A stretch of DNA of 64,000 nucleotides, taken from positions 768,001 through 832,000 of the forward strand of contig JBEPYN010000001.1 of the NCBI GenBank assembly GCA_041641305.1. The letters run 5' to 3'. This DNA comes from Nitrososphaerota archaeon. Lineage in GTDB: Archaea > Thermoproteota > Nitrososphaeria_A > Caldarchaeales > Caldarchaeaceae. Shown in pieces: positions 51,276-60,647 of the stretch. Under the pieces are notes generated by a model, which saw only the letters and a program-made list of their open reading frames with translations, was not told where the DNA came from and did not search any database. Every line of letters begins with the position of its first letter. The first letter of the stretch is position 1. Both the position numbers and the translations under genes were made by a program.

Positions 51276-52298
51276 TTAAACACCCAACCTTGCTCCTTCT
51301 CGTGAGAGCTCGCCTAAAATTCTTTTGCCGACCTCGACACCGCTCCTCGCCTCGACCGCCTCGGCGGCCCGCGTGGGCTTCACACCTCTCCAAAGGTATA
51401 CAAGAGCTGCTCCAACGAAGCCGAGAAACGCTGTCGCAGAGGAGAGGAATGAAAAGGGCCAGAGAAGCGCGGCCGCGGCGATGCCGGCGACAAAGTGGAT
51501 GACCCCCACGCCGGTGTATCCGGCCTTCTCAAGTATGTCAGGCGGATAGGTTGCCTCTATGATTCTCGAGGACGAGGCGTCGACAAGGGCCCTATACCTC
51601 TTACCCTTAAACTCGTAAACAACTTCCCACACAGGTATGTAGACCAGAGCAAGGTCCGAGACATCTATCTCATCATTCCGCGTCTTGACCTCCACCACCT
51701 CTCTTCTAATCAGCTTAGTCAGCTCGGTAGACATCATCCGCTTAATCGCCGCCTCGGCCTCGCTCCTCGGAACCACGGCCCCATGGAGAATTCCACCCTT
51801 CTGCTTCACATATTCGTGGCTGAAGTAGATCCTCTTCCGCGAGATGGCCGTGACACCCTCTATTCCCAGCTCCGCCGATGCAGGCACAGCCACTTCCATG
51901 AACTTTTCAAAAGACCCGCTTTCCTCCCTCAAAACGATCTTCATCTTTCTATACCCTGTGCCATAAGGTGCCGAGAACGCCGCATCCTCGCCCAAGCCTG
52001 TGAAAGTGGTTTTCGCCCTCACCGTGGCTGTCCAGAACGGTATGAAGTGGAGCTTGACATCGCGTAGGTTGATGTGGAACGGGAGCGACTCCTCATAACC
52101 CGTCTGCTTCTTCACCCAGAGCATGAAATTCTCCACAGCCGCGCTGCTGTCATAGTACACTGGAAAAATGTATCTCTTCTCCTCCCTAAAAGTCATGAAA
52201 GATGTTCCGCAGTAGCTGCACGTTACCGCAGCATCATCCTCCCCGACGCTGTGAGGCGAACCGCATCGAGGACACTGGTAAACAACGCTCGCCATCAC
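51276..52298 (-). CDS. Zn-ribbon membrane protein (YdjG-like)
   Basis: CPRC..CSYC, IPFW, YIPVW and a C-terminal TM pair. Confidence 0.75.
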   Translation of the reverse strand: MMASVVYQCPRCGSPHSVGEDDAAVTCSYCGTSFMTFREEKRYIFPVYYDSSAAVENFMLWVKKQTGYEESLPFHINLRDVKLHFIPFWTATVRAKTTFTGLGEDAAFSAPYGTGYRKMKIVLREESGSFEKFMEVAVPASAELGIEGVTAISRKRIYFSHEYVKQKGGILHGAVVPRSEAEAAIKRMMSTELTKLIRREVVEVKTRNDEIDVSDLALVYIPVWEVVYEFKGKRYRALVDASSSRIIEATYPPDILEKAGYTGVGVIHFVAGIAAAALLWPFSFLSSATAFLGFVGAALVYLWRGVKPTRAAEAVEARSGVEVGKRILGELSREGARLGV

Positions 52299-53284
52299 AG
52301 ACCACCCAACACCCGAATATCCCCTTCGCCAGCCGACTTCATCACCTTCTGCTCCTGCGTCGCAGTATATGCACCATAGGCCCCGGCCGCGACAGCGAGC
52401 AGCGGAGGGCCGACGATTACAGCCAACCTCGCCTCATCCGGTAGCCACTCGATAAAGACCGCCTGCTGCAAAACTACCGCGGCCAGAGACAGCGTAAGCA
52501 CAGCCGCCACGGCTGCTACGGCACGGGCCACTCTACCCCATCTTGTAACAGGCATCTCCGCGACAAGAGGCCTCACAGCCCCTTTCACACCATCCATGCA
52601 AACCCTGTAAGATTTGCCGCCAGACTCATACCGCGCCTCAACCACAGGATATAGAATGAGCTTCGGCGACCTGACAACTGCTTCCGTGTAGCAGTCGAAA
52701 ACCTTCGTCGCCATTTCCTCAACCCTTCGTCTATGCTCCTCGGCCACACGGCTCTTAGCGGCCTCCATCGCCTCCCAGTCCTCCAGCTCCGACCCAATCA
52801 CTGTCCAGCCCCTAGCCCTCTCGGCATCCAATGGCTTAGCAGCCTCAAGCCTAGAGAGGAGAATGGATTTGACCTGGCCCAAGCCAAAGAGCCCCTCGAA
52901 CCTTCGTCCATAGACAGCCACCGCCAACCGCTCCCCTATCACACCCTTCACCGGCCTATACTCTGTGTATGATGACTTGTTTCTGTAAATTTTCTTCTCC
53001 AAGTAGCCGTTATACCGTGTCACCGCCTCGACCTCCACCACCCAGAAAGGAACAAATAGATACTTCACATCTCTCAGCACCCCACCTCCAGCCCGCTCCC
53101 TGACAAACCTCTCCAAAACACTTCGAACAACACCGCCATCCTCACACTCCATCATAAACGGCTCCAACCTACCGCCAGAGAGCAAGACAGCCGCGCCACA
53201 GTATCCACATACCAGAACAACCGTGTCCGGCGAAAGCTCAACAGGAGCCCCACAGTTAGGGCACCAGCTACCCTCCTGACCCAA
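52295..53284 (-). CDS. Zn-ribbon membrane protein (YdjG-like paralogue)
   Basis: CPNC..CGYC, VPFW, LYPV and a C-terminal TM pair. Confidence 0.75.
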   Translation of the reverse strand: MGQEGSWCPNCGAPVELSPDTVVLVCGYCGAAVLLSGGRLEPFMMECEDGGVVRSVLERFVRERAGGGVLRDVKYLFVPFWVVEVEAVTRYNGYLEKKIYRNKSSYTEYRPVKGVIGERLAVAVYGRRFEGLFGLGQVKSILLSRLEAAKPLDAERARGWTVIGSELEDWEAMEAAKSRVAEEHRRRVEEMATKVFDCYTEAVVRSPKLILYPVVEARYESGGKSYRVCMDGVKGAVRPLVAEMPVTRWGRVARAVAAVAAVLTLSLAAVVLQQAVFIEWLPDEARLAVIVGPPLLAVAAGAYGAYTATQEQKVMKSAGEGDIRVLGGL

Positions 53285-53457
53285 AACACACCAACCCCAG
53301 ACAGCTCCATAAACGGCGCAGAAAACAATTACTTAAACATTCCAAACCGTGAACAAGTCGACAACATCATCACCAACTCACACCAGCCCCTCAAAAAACC
53401 GGATACCAACCGTAACCTTTTTCACCATCGCTATTTTGAATAACACCTGGGACAGTC

Positions 53458-54210
53458 TTGGTCACCGACCTGAAAAGGGAGCTGCTGAGGCTTCTGGAGG
53501 AGGATGAGGAGTTCAGATACGCCGTGGCCGGCAGGATAGGCATACTGGAGATACTCAAGCGTCTTGATAGGCTGGAGGAGGGCCAGAACAAGCTTTGGGA
53601 AAGCAGTGAAAAGATATGGACCGAGGTTAAGAAACTGAGAGAAGAGCGAGAGAAACTATGGGAGAGTCAGAATAAGCTATGGGAAGAAGTCAGAAGCTTG
53701 AGGGAGGGGCAGGAGAAGCTGTGGGAGGGACAGAACAAGCTATGGGGGGAGCTCAAAGAGTTGAAGAGGGCGCATCAGGAGTTGAGCAAAAGGGTTTCAG
53801 CTGGTTTTGCGGAGCTGGGGTCTGCTTTGGGGGTGACCTACGAGATGCATGCATCAGCATACATACAGATTCTTCTTGAGGAGCTTGGATATCCCGGTGC
53901 CAGAGTTTCGCGGGGATGGGTTGTGAAGGATGGTGAGGTCCTGGAGATAGACATCTTCTGCGACGACCCCTTGGTAGTGGGTGAAGTGACAACAAGGCTA
54001 AGGGATGAGATGGAGATGGATAGGGAGATAAACAAGCTGTTGGAGAGAGTTGAGGCGGTCTCTTCAAAATACGGCAAGAAACCCTTCCTTGTAATATTGT
54101 CGGTGGGTGTTGTTTCGGAGAACTTGGTGGAGAGGCTGAGGGAGGAGACCGCGAAACACGGGATCAAGCTAATCCTAGGCAGAGAGATAGAAGAGGCTTT
54201 GAGCGCTTAA
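53458..54210 (+). CDS. Heptad-repeat coiled-coil protein with a PD-(D/E)XK-like C-terminal domain
   Basis: LLEEDEEFRYAVAG, EGQNKLW repeats and EIDI..VGEV. Confidence 0.8.
   Translation: MVTDLKRELLRLLEEDEEFRYAVAGRIGILEILKRLDRLEEGQNKLWESSEKIWTEVKKLREEREKLWESQNKLWEEVRSLREGQEKLWEGQNKLWGELKELKRAHQELSKRVSAGFAELGSALGVTYEMHASAYIQILLEELGYPGARVSRGWVVKDGEVLEIDIFCDDPLVVGEVTTRLRDEMEMDREINKLLERVEAVSSKYGKKPFLVILSVGVVSENLVERLREETAKHGIKLILGREIEEALSA
53578..53750 (+). repeat. Degenerate 21-bp coding repeats (EGQNKLW)
   Basis: Recurring GAGGGNCAGAACAAGCTNTGG units. Confidence 0.7.
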
Positions 54211-54372
54211 CACAGTTGACCGGGGAAATAATACCTATACTTGTTTGATCATCGATGATTCACGTTCGGTAATCTTTGATTCGGAGTCCGACCCTTTATT
54301 TCTTGCCGCGAGGGGTTCGAATTGGGTTAGGTTCCTGATTGCAGCGGTTTGAGAATGAATGTGGAGGGTTTT

Positions 54373-55794
54373 TCATTCTACGCAGCAGCTCATCTTCTCT
54401 ACTGGTCTGAGGAAGGCTTGTGCACTCAGTTTCAGGGCTTCTGCGTATGTGGGGAATACGTGTATGGTGTTGACTATGTCTATGAGTGTTTTGCCGTATT
54501 TGATGTAGAGCGCTGCTTCGGTTATGTATTCGGATGCGTTGGGTGAGACGATGTGCATCCCAAGCACTCTGCCGCTGTCGGGGGCTATCACCAGCTTTGC
54601 TAGGCCTCGTCCACTTGTCATCCTAGCCTTGGCCACGTTTTCCAGCGACACAACTCTGCATGAGCATGCGCCGAACCTCTTCACAACCTCCTGCTCGGTC
54701 AAGCCCACCGAGGCCACCTGCGGCTCGGTGAACACCACCAAGGGAACAGCACTGTAATCCATAGTGGCCGAGCCTTCTTCAACGATGTTCGAGGCCGCCA
54801 CCATGCCCTCGCGGGCGGACAGTGTCTCAAGCATGAGGGGCTTAGCTACACAGTCACCAGCTGCGTAGATGTTTGGTGAACTGGTGTGCATCATCTCATC
54901 CACTTTTATGAAGCCTCGTTTGTCTACGGCTACGCCGCATTTCTCCAGCCCGATTCCATCTGTGTTCGGTTTACGCCCTGTCGCTACCAGTATGGCGTCT
55001 GTCTCTAGGGTTTGTCTGCCCTCGTTGGTCACTATCTCGGCGTGGATGTGGTCTCCGTGTCTCGAGAATCCCACAACACGGGCCTTCGTGATAATCCTCA
55101 TCCCCTCATCAGCCAGTATGTTGGCCAGTGTTGTGGATATCTCGGGCTCCATGTTGGGCAGAATCCTGTCGAGAACCTCGGCCAGCGTCACCTGGCTGCC
55201 CAGCCTCTGCATGGCCTGGCCTATCTCAAGTCCGACGGCGCCCCCACCAATCAGCAGCATGCTCTCGGGAAGGGTTTTCATGTCCCATATTGTGTCGGTT
55301 GTGTAGTAGCCTGTCTCCTCCAACCCGGGTATCTTTGGTATGGCTGGTCGTGAACCTGTTGCTATGAGAGACTTCTCGAACATTATCTCATGCACTCCGT
55401 TGCTTGTCTCCACGGCGATTGAGCGGGGTGAGGTGAATATGCCGCGCCAATCTACAAGCTCCACGTTAGGGTAATGTTTCAAGACATCAACATACTTCTC
55501 GCCGCGCATCGTGGCTACGAACCGGTGGAGAGAATCCATCAATTTGCCGAAGTCGAGGTCCGCGCCCTTGGGAGTAACTCCTTCGAACAGAACCGTGCGG
55601 CTGCTGTGATAGTGTTTGGCGGCCTCTATCAAGTATTTGGATGGGACACATCCCACGTTGACGCATGTTCCTCCCAGTTTTCCAGCGGAAACCATCAAAA
55701 TACTTAATCTATTCTCGGTTAGCTCGCTGGCTTTGATTGCTGCGCTGAAGGCGGCGGCGCCGCCACCAACTATAATCAAGTCGTACTTATTCAT
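54373..55794 (-). CDS. merA: Mercuric reductase
   Basis: GGTCVNVGCVPSK, C-terminal MSCCVE; no NmerA domain. Confidence 0.92.
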   Translation of the reverse strand: MNKYDLIIVGGGAAAFSAAIKASELTENRLSILMVSAGKLGGTCVNVGCVPSKYLIEAAKHYHSSRTVLFEGVTPKGADLDFGKLMDSLHRFVATMRGEKYVDVLKHYPNVELVDWRGIFTSPRSIAVETSNGVHEIMFEKSLIATGSRPAIPKIPGLEETGYYTTDTIWDMKTLPESMLLIGGGAVGLEIGQAMQRLGSQVTLAEVLDRILPNMEPEISTTLANILADEGMRIITKARVVGFSRHGDHIHAEIVTNEGRQTLETDAILVATGRKPNTDGIGLEKCGVAVDKRGFIKVDEMMHTSSPNIYAAGDCVAKPLMLETLSAREGMVAASNIVEEGSATMDYSAVPLVVFTEPQVASVGLTEQEVVKRFGACSCRVVSLENVAKARMTSGRGLAKLVIAPDSGRVLGMHIVSPNASEYITEAALYIKYGKTLIDIVNTIHVFPTYAEALKLSAQAFLRPVEKMSCCVE

Positions 55795-55886
55795 GCAATT
55801 GACACCGGCTTCATTTTTCTCCTCTTCTCGGACTCTTCCACACTCTTCACCACATCATCTACTCCAGTACAGCAACACTCGCACAT
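55791..55886 (-). CDS. 31-aa Cys-rich peptide (MCECCCTG...) translationally coupled to merA
   Basis: Manual translation; its TGA overlaps the merA ATG (ATGA). Confidence 0.6.
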   Translation of the reverse strand: MCECCCTGVDDVVKSVEESEKRRKMKPVSIA

Positions 55887-55922
55887 CAACAGCAACTACC
55901 TAACTGCAGCATAAAAGAAAAG

Positions 55923-55990
55923 CAGTTTCTACACAGATAGTAACTAGGGCAGAGAATAGTTTAGAAAAATCCTCCGGAAGGTAGAAACTG
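55923..55990. promoter_or_regulatory. Candidate operator upstream of the peptide-merA unit
   Basis: AGTTTCTA-N6-TAGTAACT (55924-55945) plus the perfect inverted pair CAGTTTCTAC (55923) / GTAGAAACTG (55981). Confidence 0.45.
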
Positions 55991-56009
55991 GTAGCTAGGC
56001 TGCTGATGG

Positions 56010-56444
56010 TTAGATTTTCTCTATTTTCTTACCTTTTTCTATCAGTGTGCAGGAGCAGTGAGCCGTTACAGTGCCTTTCTGTTTCAGCGCCCACCGAAGT
56101 AACGGGATGATAGCCGCCCTGAGTTGCGCGCCTTCTCTTGTGAGAGTGTATTCAACTCTTGGAGGGATTTCGGCATATGTCTCCCTTTGTACCAGATTGT
56201 GTTTCACCAGTTCCTTTAATGTATCCGCAAGTATTTTTGGACTGATAACCTGCAGCTCCTTCATTAACTCGTTGAAACGAATTCTTCCATGGTTTCCTAT
56301 TTCATTCACTACCAGGAGAGACCATTTTTTACCGATTAAGTCAATCACACCTTCTATTGGGCAAAGGCATATAACGCGTCCCGTAGCTTTGACGCCTTCT
56401 TTGATGGTCACGGTGTTTGATAGACTTGAAAAAGATAAATACAT
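56010..56444 (-). CDS. HxlR-family winged-helix regulator with terminal Cys motifs (start may be GTG 56411)
   Basis: Motifs CLCPIEG..IGKKW, RFNEL, ISPKIL, PPRVEYTLT and HCSC. Confidence 0.88.
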   Translation of the reverse strand: MYLSFSSLSNTVTIKEGVKATGRVICLCPIEGVIDLIGKKWSLLVVNEIGNHGRIRFNELMKELQVISPKILADTLKELVKHNLVQRETYAEIPPRVEYTLTREGAQLRAAIIPLLRWALKQKGTVTAHCSCTLIEKGKKIEKI

Positions 56445-56911
56445 TTATTGTCAATGAGCAGAGACCAGCTAATTGGGCTTGGGTAATATAGCTTACTGGG
56501 CAGCAAGAACCAGAGGAAGGGGGTTTACGCTTTTTGGCAAAAGGGTAAGGTACTTTTCTTTTCTCCAAAAGCATCCTTCCAACAGATAATAGTTCTTGCA
56601 AGACATTATGATGTTGGCGGCGATCAAATTATACTGTTGAATTGTCATCGAAACAAAGCATAAATTGAATCAGGATCATACAAACGGATGCATTTACAAT
56701 CAGTCGTTAGCTTTCACTAACTGCGGATGTCTCGATACTCCCCGACTTGAAACATAGAGTGTCTTGAAGCCTCCTAGTTTGTAAATAGAGAAGACCGTCG
56801 TGGCAATTGATAGTGCTGTAAATAGAGTGCGGTCCACATGCCGAAAAAGATTGAAAATGCTAAGTATAACATCGAGTTGAGCGGCTTTTTTGCTGGAGAT
56901 CAAGAAACCAG

Positions 56912-57169
56912 ATGCTTCTCGCCATGAGGCTCGCCTTCGCGTTAGCGCTTCTCCCCGAGGCCAAGGGCCAGAAACCCGAGTTCGTCTTCCTCGACGAGCC
57001 GCTGGGAAGCTCCGACGAAGTAAGAAGGTCAGGCATCATCGAATACATATCCCTAGACCTCGCGAAAAAATTCAGCCAAATATTCATCATAAGCCACGTA
57101 GGCGGCCTCGAAGAACACGTAAACCACATCATAAGACTACATGAGGGAAAAGTGGTGGAAACAGTTTAG
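56912..57169 (+). pseudogene. Orphan C-terminal fragment of a Rad50/SbcC-type ATPase
   Basis: LAMRLAFA..FLDEPLGSSDEVRR..QIFIISH; no upstream reading frame. Confidence 0.8.
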
Positions 57170-57885
57170 CACAGGCCTCGCAACACATCCCTTATCTGAT
57201 GAATTTTCTCAGGATCGGGCAAATCTTTTACAAAAATTTTCTCAACTCCATCTCGCTTCTCCGCTGCGGCCAGGTTATCCACAATCAGAAGGGGACGTAA
57301 GAGCTTGAGTGTGCGGCGGTAGAATGTATGGCCTGTCTGGAGGTTCAGGAGTTTAGCTGATATGTGTTCTAGTGTCTTTCTGACTTCGGGCAGGGTTATT
57401 TCAAGAGGCGGATCACTCACTAGGACTTCGCCTAATCCATTTTCTTTAGCTATTTGGCGAAAGGCCTCTACAAACTCTGCAGAAAACATGGCTTTCTCAG
57501 GCGCGCGAAACTTTTTCCATGTCGTAAAGTCGTCTAAGAGACTCGGGCCCTTCATAGCCATGTGATGCCATCCAATAGCCAGTAAGCACTCATACCGCCA
57601 AACAGTTTCTTTGATAGATTTATGCGCCGCAGAGGCTGAGAAGTATTCGTGTTTTGGAAAACTGAGTTTCTCGGGCGCGTTCCTCTGGTATTCATGCGCC
57701 GCCTTGCCATAGTCGTGGAAAATCACCGCCGTCTTCAACGCCTTCACAGCCTCAGCCTCATCTATTCCAAAGCAGTGGGCCACGTGGGCAGCGTAGCCTC
57801 TGTCGATAAAGTGGCTGTCCAAAAACCGGAGACAGGTGATGAGATGTTCCTCTAGTGTTTCATGACGAGATGCCATAGGCTTCAT
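57166..57885 (-). CDS. cas3'': Type I-A Cas3'' HD nuclease
   Basis: Motifs ETLEEHL, FHDYGKA, HEYFS and WHH. Confidence 0.9.
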   Translation of the reverse strand: MKPMASRHETLEEHLITCLRFLDSHFIDRGYAAHVAHCFGIDEAEAVKALKTAVIFHDYGKAAHEYQRNAPEKLSFPKHEYFSASAAHKSIKETVWRYECLLAIGWHHMAMKGPSLLDDFTTWKKFRAPEKAMFSAEFVEAFRQIAKENGLGEVLVSDPPLEITLPEVRKTLEHISAKLLNLQTGHTFYRRTLKLLRPLLIVDNLAAAEKRDGVEKIFVKDLPDPEKIHQIRDVLRGLC

Positions 57886-59479
57886 TTCTATATTCTTCCT
57901 CCGAAATCCTGAAACCAACTATGTCCTTGCAGAGCATGAACAGTGAGGGGGACGGGACTCTGTTTACATCTTTGGCTCTGAGACTTTTATCTTCAGTAAG
58001 GCCTTCTTTTTTCTGAATGATGGCTGTTGCTTGAGGAAACTTGTTTGCAAGGTGTTGGAGGTCTGTTGTGAAAGAGTTCTCTTTTTCTAATTTGTCTATG
58101 TCGTTGGCTACGTAAACGGTTGTCACAGTGTCCCTGATTAGGTTGTGGGCTTGATGTGGTGTGGACACGGGGTTAATCATCTGGTTTAGAAGAGTGTTGT
58201 TGGTGAGAAAGACTTGGTCGCCATGCACCATGTCAACAAGCTGGCTGTAGCCTATTCCTCTTTCCGGTGATGGAACACGCCAGCTTACACCGCCGTCATT
58301 CAAAGCATTTCTCAAAACTTCGTATGTTTTCTCCACCGTTTCTTCGCTGTAGGGAGCCGGTTCAGCCTTCACCACCACAATCATACCCTCCTGCTCGTTG
58401 TCATATCGCGCAACCCTTCCCGCACGCTGCACAAGCGAACTAGCGGGAGCAAGCTCGGTTATCATCAACTCGGAGGAAATGTTAACACCCGCTTCCACAA
58501 CCTGAGTCGAAACCACTACCCATTTTTTCCCGTTTTTGAGATTGTCCAAAACATTTTGACGGTCTTTCTTAGTGAGGCGTCCGTGGAGAAGTACTGCATC
58601 AGCATCGGAGAGAAGCCTGTAAAGGTGTTTAGCTTTTTCCACGGTGTTGGCCATTATGAGAACCCTATCCCATTCAGCGTCACGCAGCCTATCCCTAACA
58701 ACATCTTCCAGCGAACCTTCTTCAAGATAGGTTTCGATTTTTTTGCTTTTCATAATGTTTTCAAAGTCTTTGTCGAACATGTTTTCGCCATAAATCATTT
58801 CACGGTATTCCACCCCGAATACGCTGGCTGCTTCCCTAGCCAAGTTCCTCAGACTTTTTGACACGGTGGCGCTCATCATTGTCAAGAAACCTCCGTGACA
58901 GGCTAGCGCATAGAGAATAGAAGGTAACGTGCTGTCGTTTTCGTCAATCATAAGCTGTGGCTCGTCGAGAAATACTGCTGCTTCGAAGATTGCGCCGCGG
59001 CTTATCTCGAAGTGGCCGTATGTCCGCCAGCCGCCGTTCAGCAGAGCGCTGCAAAACATGTTTTTGATTTCATGTGGCGGCGTCTTCATCATATGGAGCT
59101 TGAAGGTTTCGTATGTTACGAAGACAATGTCCTTGTTGAGGAATGGGGACCCTGGTGCCCCCATCATCTGCTCTGCAACGACTTCCGTCGGGTTTGTGAT
59201 TCCTATTCTCTGAAGATTTTTAACCGTTGATTTGTAGGCGTCGTCTATTATGCTTCGGAGAGGCAGGACGTGAATAGACCTAAGATATTCCCGTGGTTCG
59301 ATGATGGATTTTAACCCGCATGTGATAGAGAGGGCTGTTTTGCCGTAGCCAGTGGGTAGCTGAACCACGTTAAACCCCGGCCCCAGCTTCTCCAACACAT
59401 GTTCAATCAAGGGCCTTTTTGCGGAATAGAAGCCCTTATCCACCAGAGTTCTGTATATTTTCGACTCAGGACAATGCAT
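57860..59479 (-). CDS. cas3': Type I-A Cas3' helicase
   Basis: Motifs PTGYGKT, LDEPQ, SAT, LLHGR, TQVVEAG and QRAGR. Confidence 0.92.
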   Translation of the reverse strand: MHCPESKIYRTLVDKGFYSAKRPLIEHVLEKLGPGFNVVQLPTGYGKTALSITCGLKSIIEPREYLRSIHVLPLRSIIDDAYKSTVKNLQRIGITNPTEVVAEQMMGAPGSPFLNKDIVFVTYETFKLHMMKTPPHEIKNMFCSALLNGGWRTYGHFEISRGAIFEAAVFLDEPQLMIDENDSTLPSILYALACHGGFLTMMSATVSKSLRNLAREAASVFGVEYREMIYGENMFDKDFENIMKSKKIETYLEEGSLEDVVRDRLRDAEWDRVLIMANTVEKAKHLYRLLSDADAVLLHGRLTKKDRQNVLDNLKNGKKWVVVSTQVVEAGVNISSELMITELAPASSLVQRAGRVARYDNEQEGMIVVVKAEPAPYSEETVEKTYEVLRNALNDGGVSWRVPSPERGIGYSQLVDMVHGDQVFLTNNTLLNQMINPVSTPHQAHNLIRDTVTTVYVANDIDKLEKENSFTTDLQHLANKFPQATAIIQKKEGLTEDKSLRAKDVNRVPSPSLFMLCKDIVGFRISEEEYRNEAYGISS

Positions 59480-60647
59480 CGTAAATCTCCCGCAGCACTT
59501 CAGTCCTTCTGAAGGGACTGTTCTCGGGGCTGCTTCTCGCCAGCAGGTATACAGTTTCGTCTGCGGGCTTTACCTTGGCAGCGGCCGCGTAAAGAGCTCT
59601 ACTTAGCCGGTCACAGAGAGCTGCGTCTCCAAACCTGCTTGAACAATAGTTGCTTTGTCTCCTTACCTGAGTAATCGTGCATCTTAGAAAATCTTTGATA
59701 TTTTTACTCACGGGGTCCGACAACCTCTCCACAAAAGACGCTAAGAATGAAAAATCGATTGAAAGTCTCTCGAGGAGGGAAAAGCTTTGACCTGTGTACA
59801 TTATGCGGTAGAAAACATAGGGAGGTGCCTCCCGGATTGAGAGGTGTGCGGGCTTTATGCTAGCCAGCTCGAGGGCTAGCAAAAGAGAATATGCGTGGGG
59901 GAGTTCGGGAGTTACTCGGACCTTGTAGGGCAGCATCATCAGCGCCTGAAAAGCCGTGTAGTTGCCCAAAGACTGTGTGAGCTGCTGCACATAGTTCACC
60001 CAGCTATAATCTACGGTGGCTTTTGCGATGACTTTCTCGGGTATGGTTGAAAGTATTATCTCGCCGTCGGCGAAACCGGAGTAGCAGACACCGAATCCCG
60101 CCAGCACGAGCGCCACCCATCTCTCATCCATCTTAATGTCCAGCTGTGCACGAAAATCACCGAACCGTTTTCCGTATTTGTATTTCTCAATTTTGAGAGG
60201 CTGAAAACCGGAAAAAGCTGACTTGGGCTCGCCTAAGGTGATGGTTTTTGGGGAGTAGTTGATTTTGTCCAGACTCTCGAGCCATTTGTCGGGGTTTTTC
60301 TGAAGGTCTTTGATAGCCCATGAACAAAGAGTGTCAACATATTCTACATATGTGTCGTTGACCTTGAGGTTAAGCCTCCTCATTATTTTAGCCATGACCT
60401 GCCTGTCATTAAAGTGGGGTTTTATCGGGGGTAACTCATTTTTATTCACTAGCAACTGTTGTGCATTATGGAAAACTTGGGCCAGCGAGCCTATGGCTCC
60501 AGCTCCAGAGACCACCGCCTCGTCCTCGTAAATATCAAGTGTTGTTCCCCCCTGAGAGGGTATGGAAGCCAGGGGAGAAAGCGCTGATAACACCAGTTCG
60601 CGGGCCAGCGTGCCGTGTGGAAGGAGCTTGATGTTGATTTTCACCAT
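59466..60647 (-). CDS. cas8a: Type I-A Cascade large subunit Cas8a
   Basis: Position between cas5 and cas3', size 393 aa; no diagnostic motif verified. Confidence 0.7.
   Translation of the reverse strand: MVKINIKLLPHGTLARELVLSALSPLASIPSQGGTTLDIYEDEAVVSGAGAIGSLAQVFHNAQQLLVNKNELPPIKPHFNDRQVMAKIMRRLNLKVNDTYVEYVDTLCSWAIKDLQKNPDKWLESLDKINYSPKTITLGEPKSAFSGFQPLKIEKYKYGKRFGDFRAQLDIKMDERWVALVLAGFGVCYSGFADGEIILSTIPEKVIAKATVDYSWVNYVQQLTQSLGNYTAFQALMMLPYKVRVTPELPHAYSLLLALELASIKPAHLSIREAPPYVFYRIMYTGQSFSLLERLSIDFSFLASFVERLSDPVSKNIKDFLRCTITQVRRQSNYCSSRFGDAALCDRLSRALYAAAAKVKPADETVYLLARSSPENSPFRRTEVLREIYDALS

Noticed and set aside
53578-53750. Possible CRISPR-like repeats
   Set aside because: In-frame 21-bp coding repeats without unique spacers.
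54305-54335. GGTTCGAAT resembling a tRNA T-loop
   Set aside because: The flanks do not pair into a T-stem and no cloverleaf can be built.
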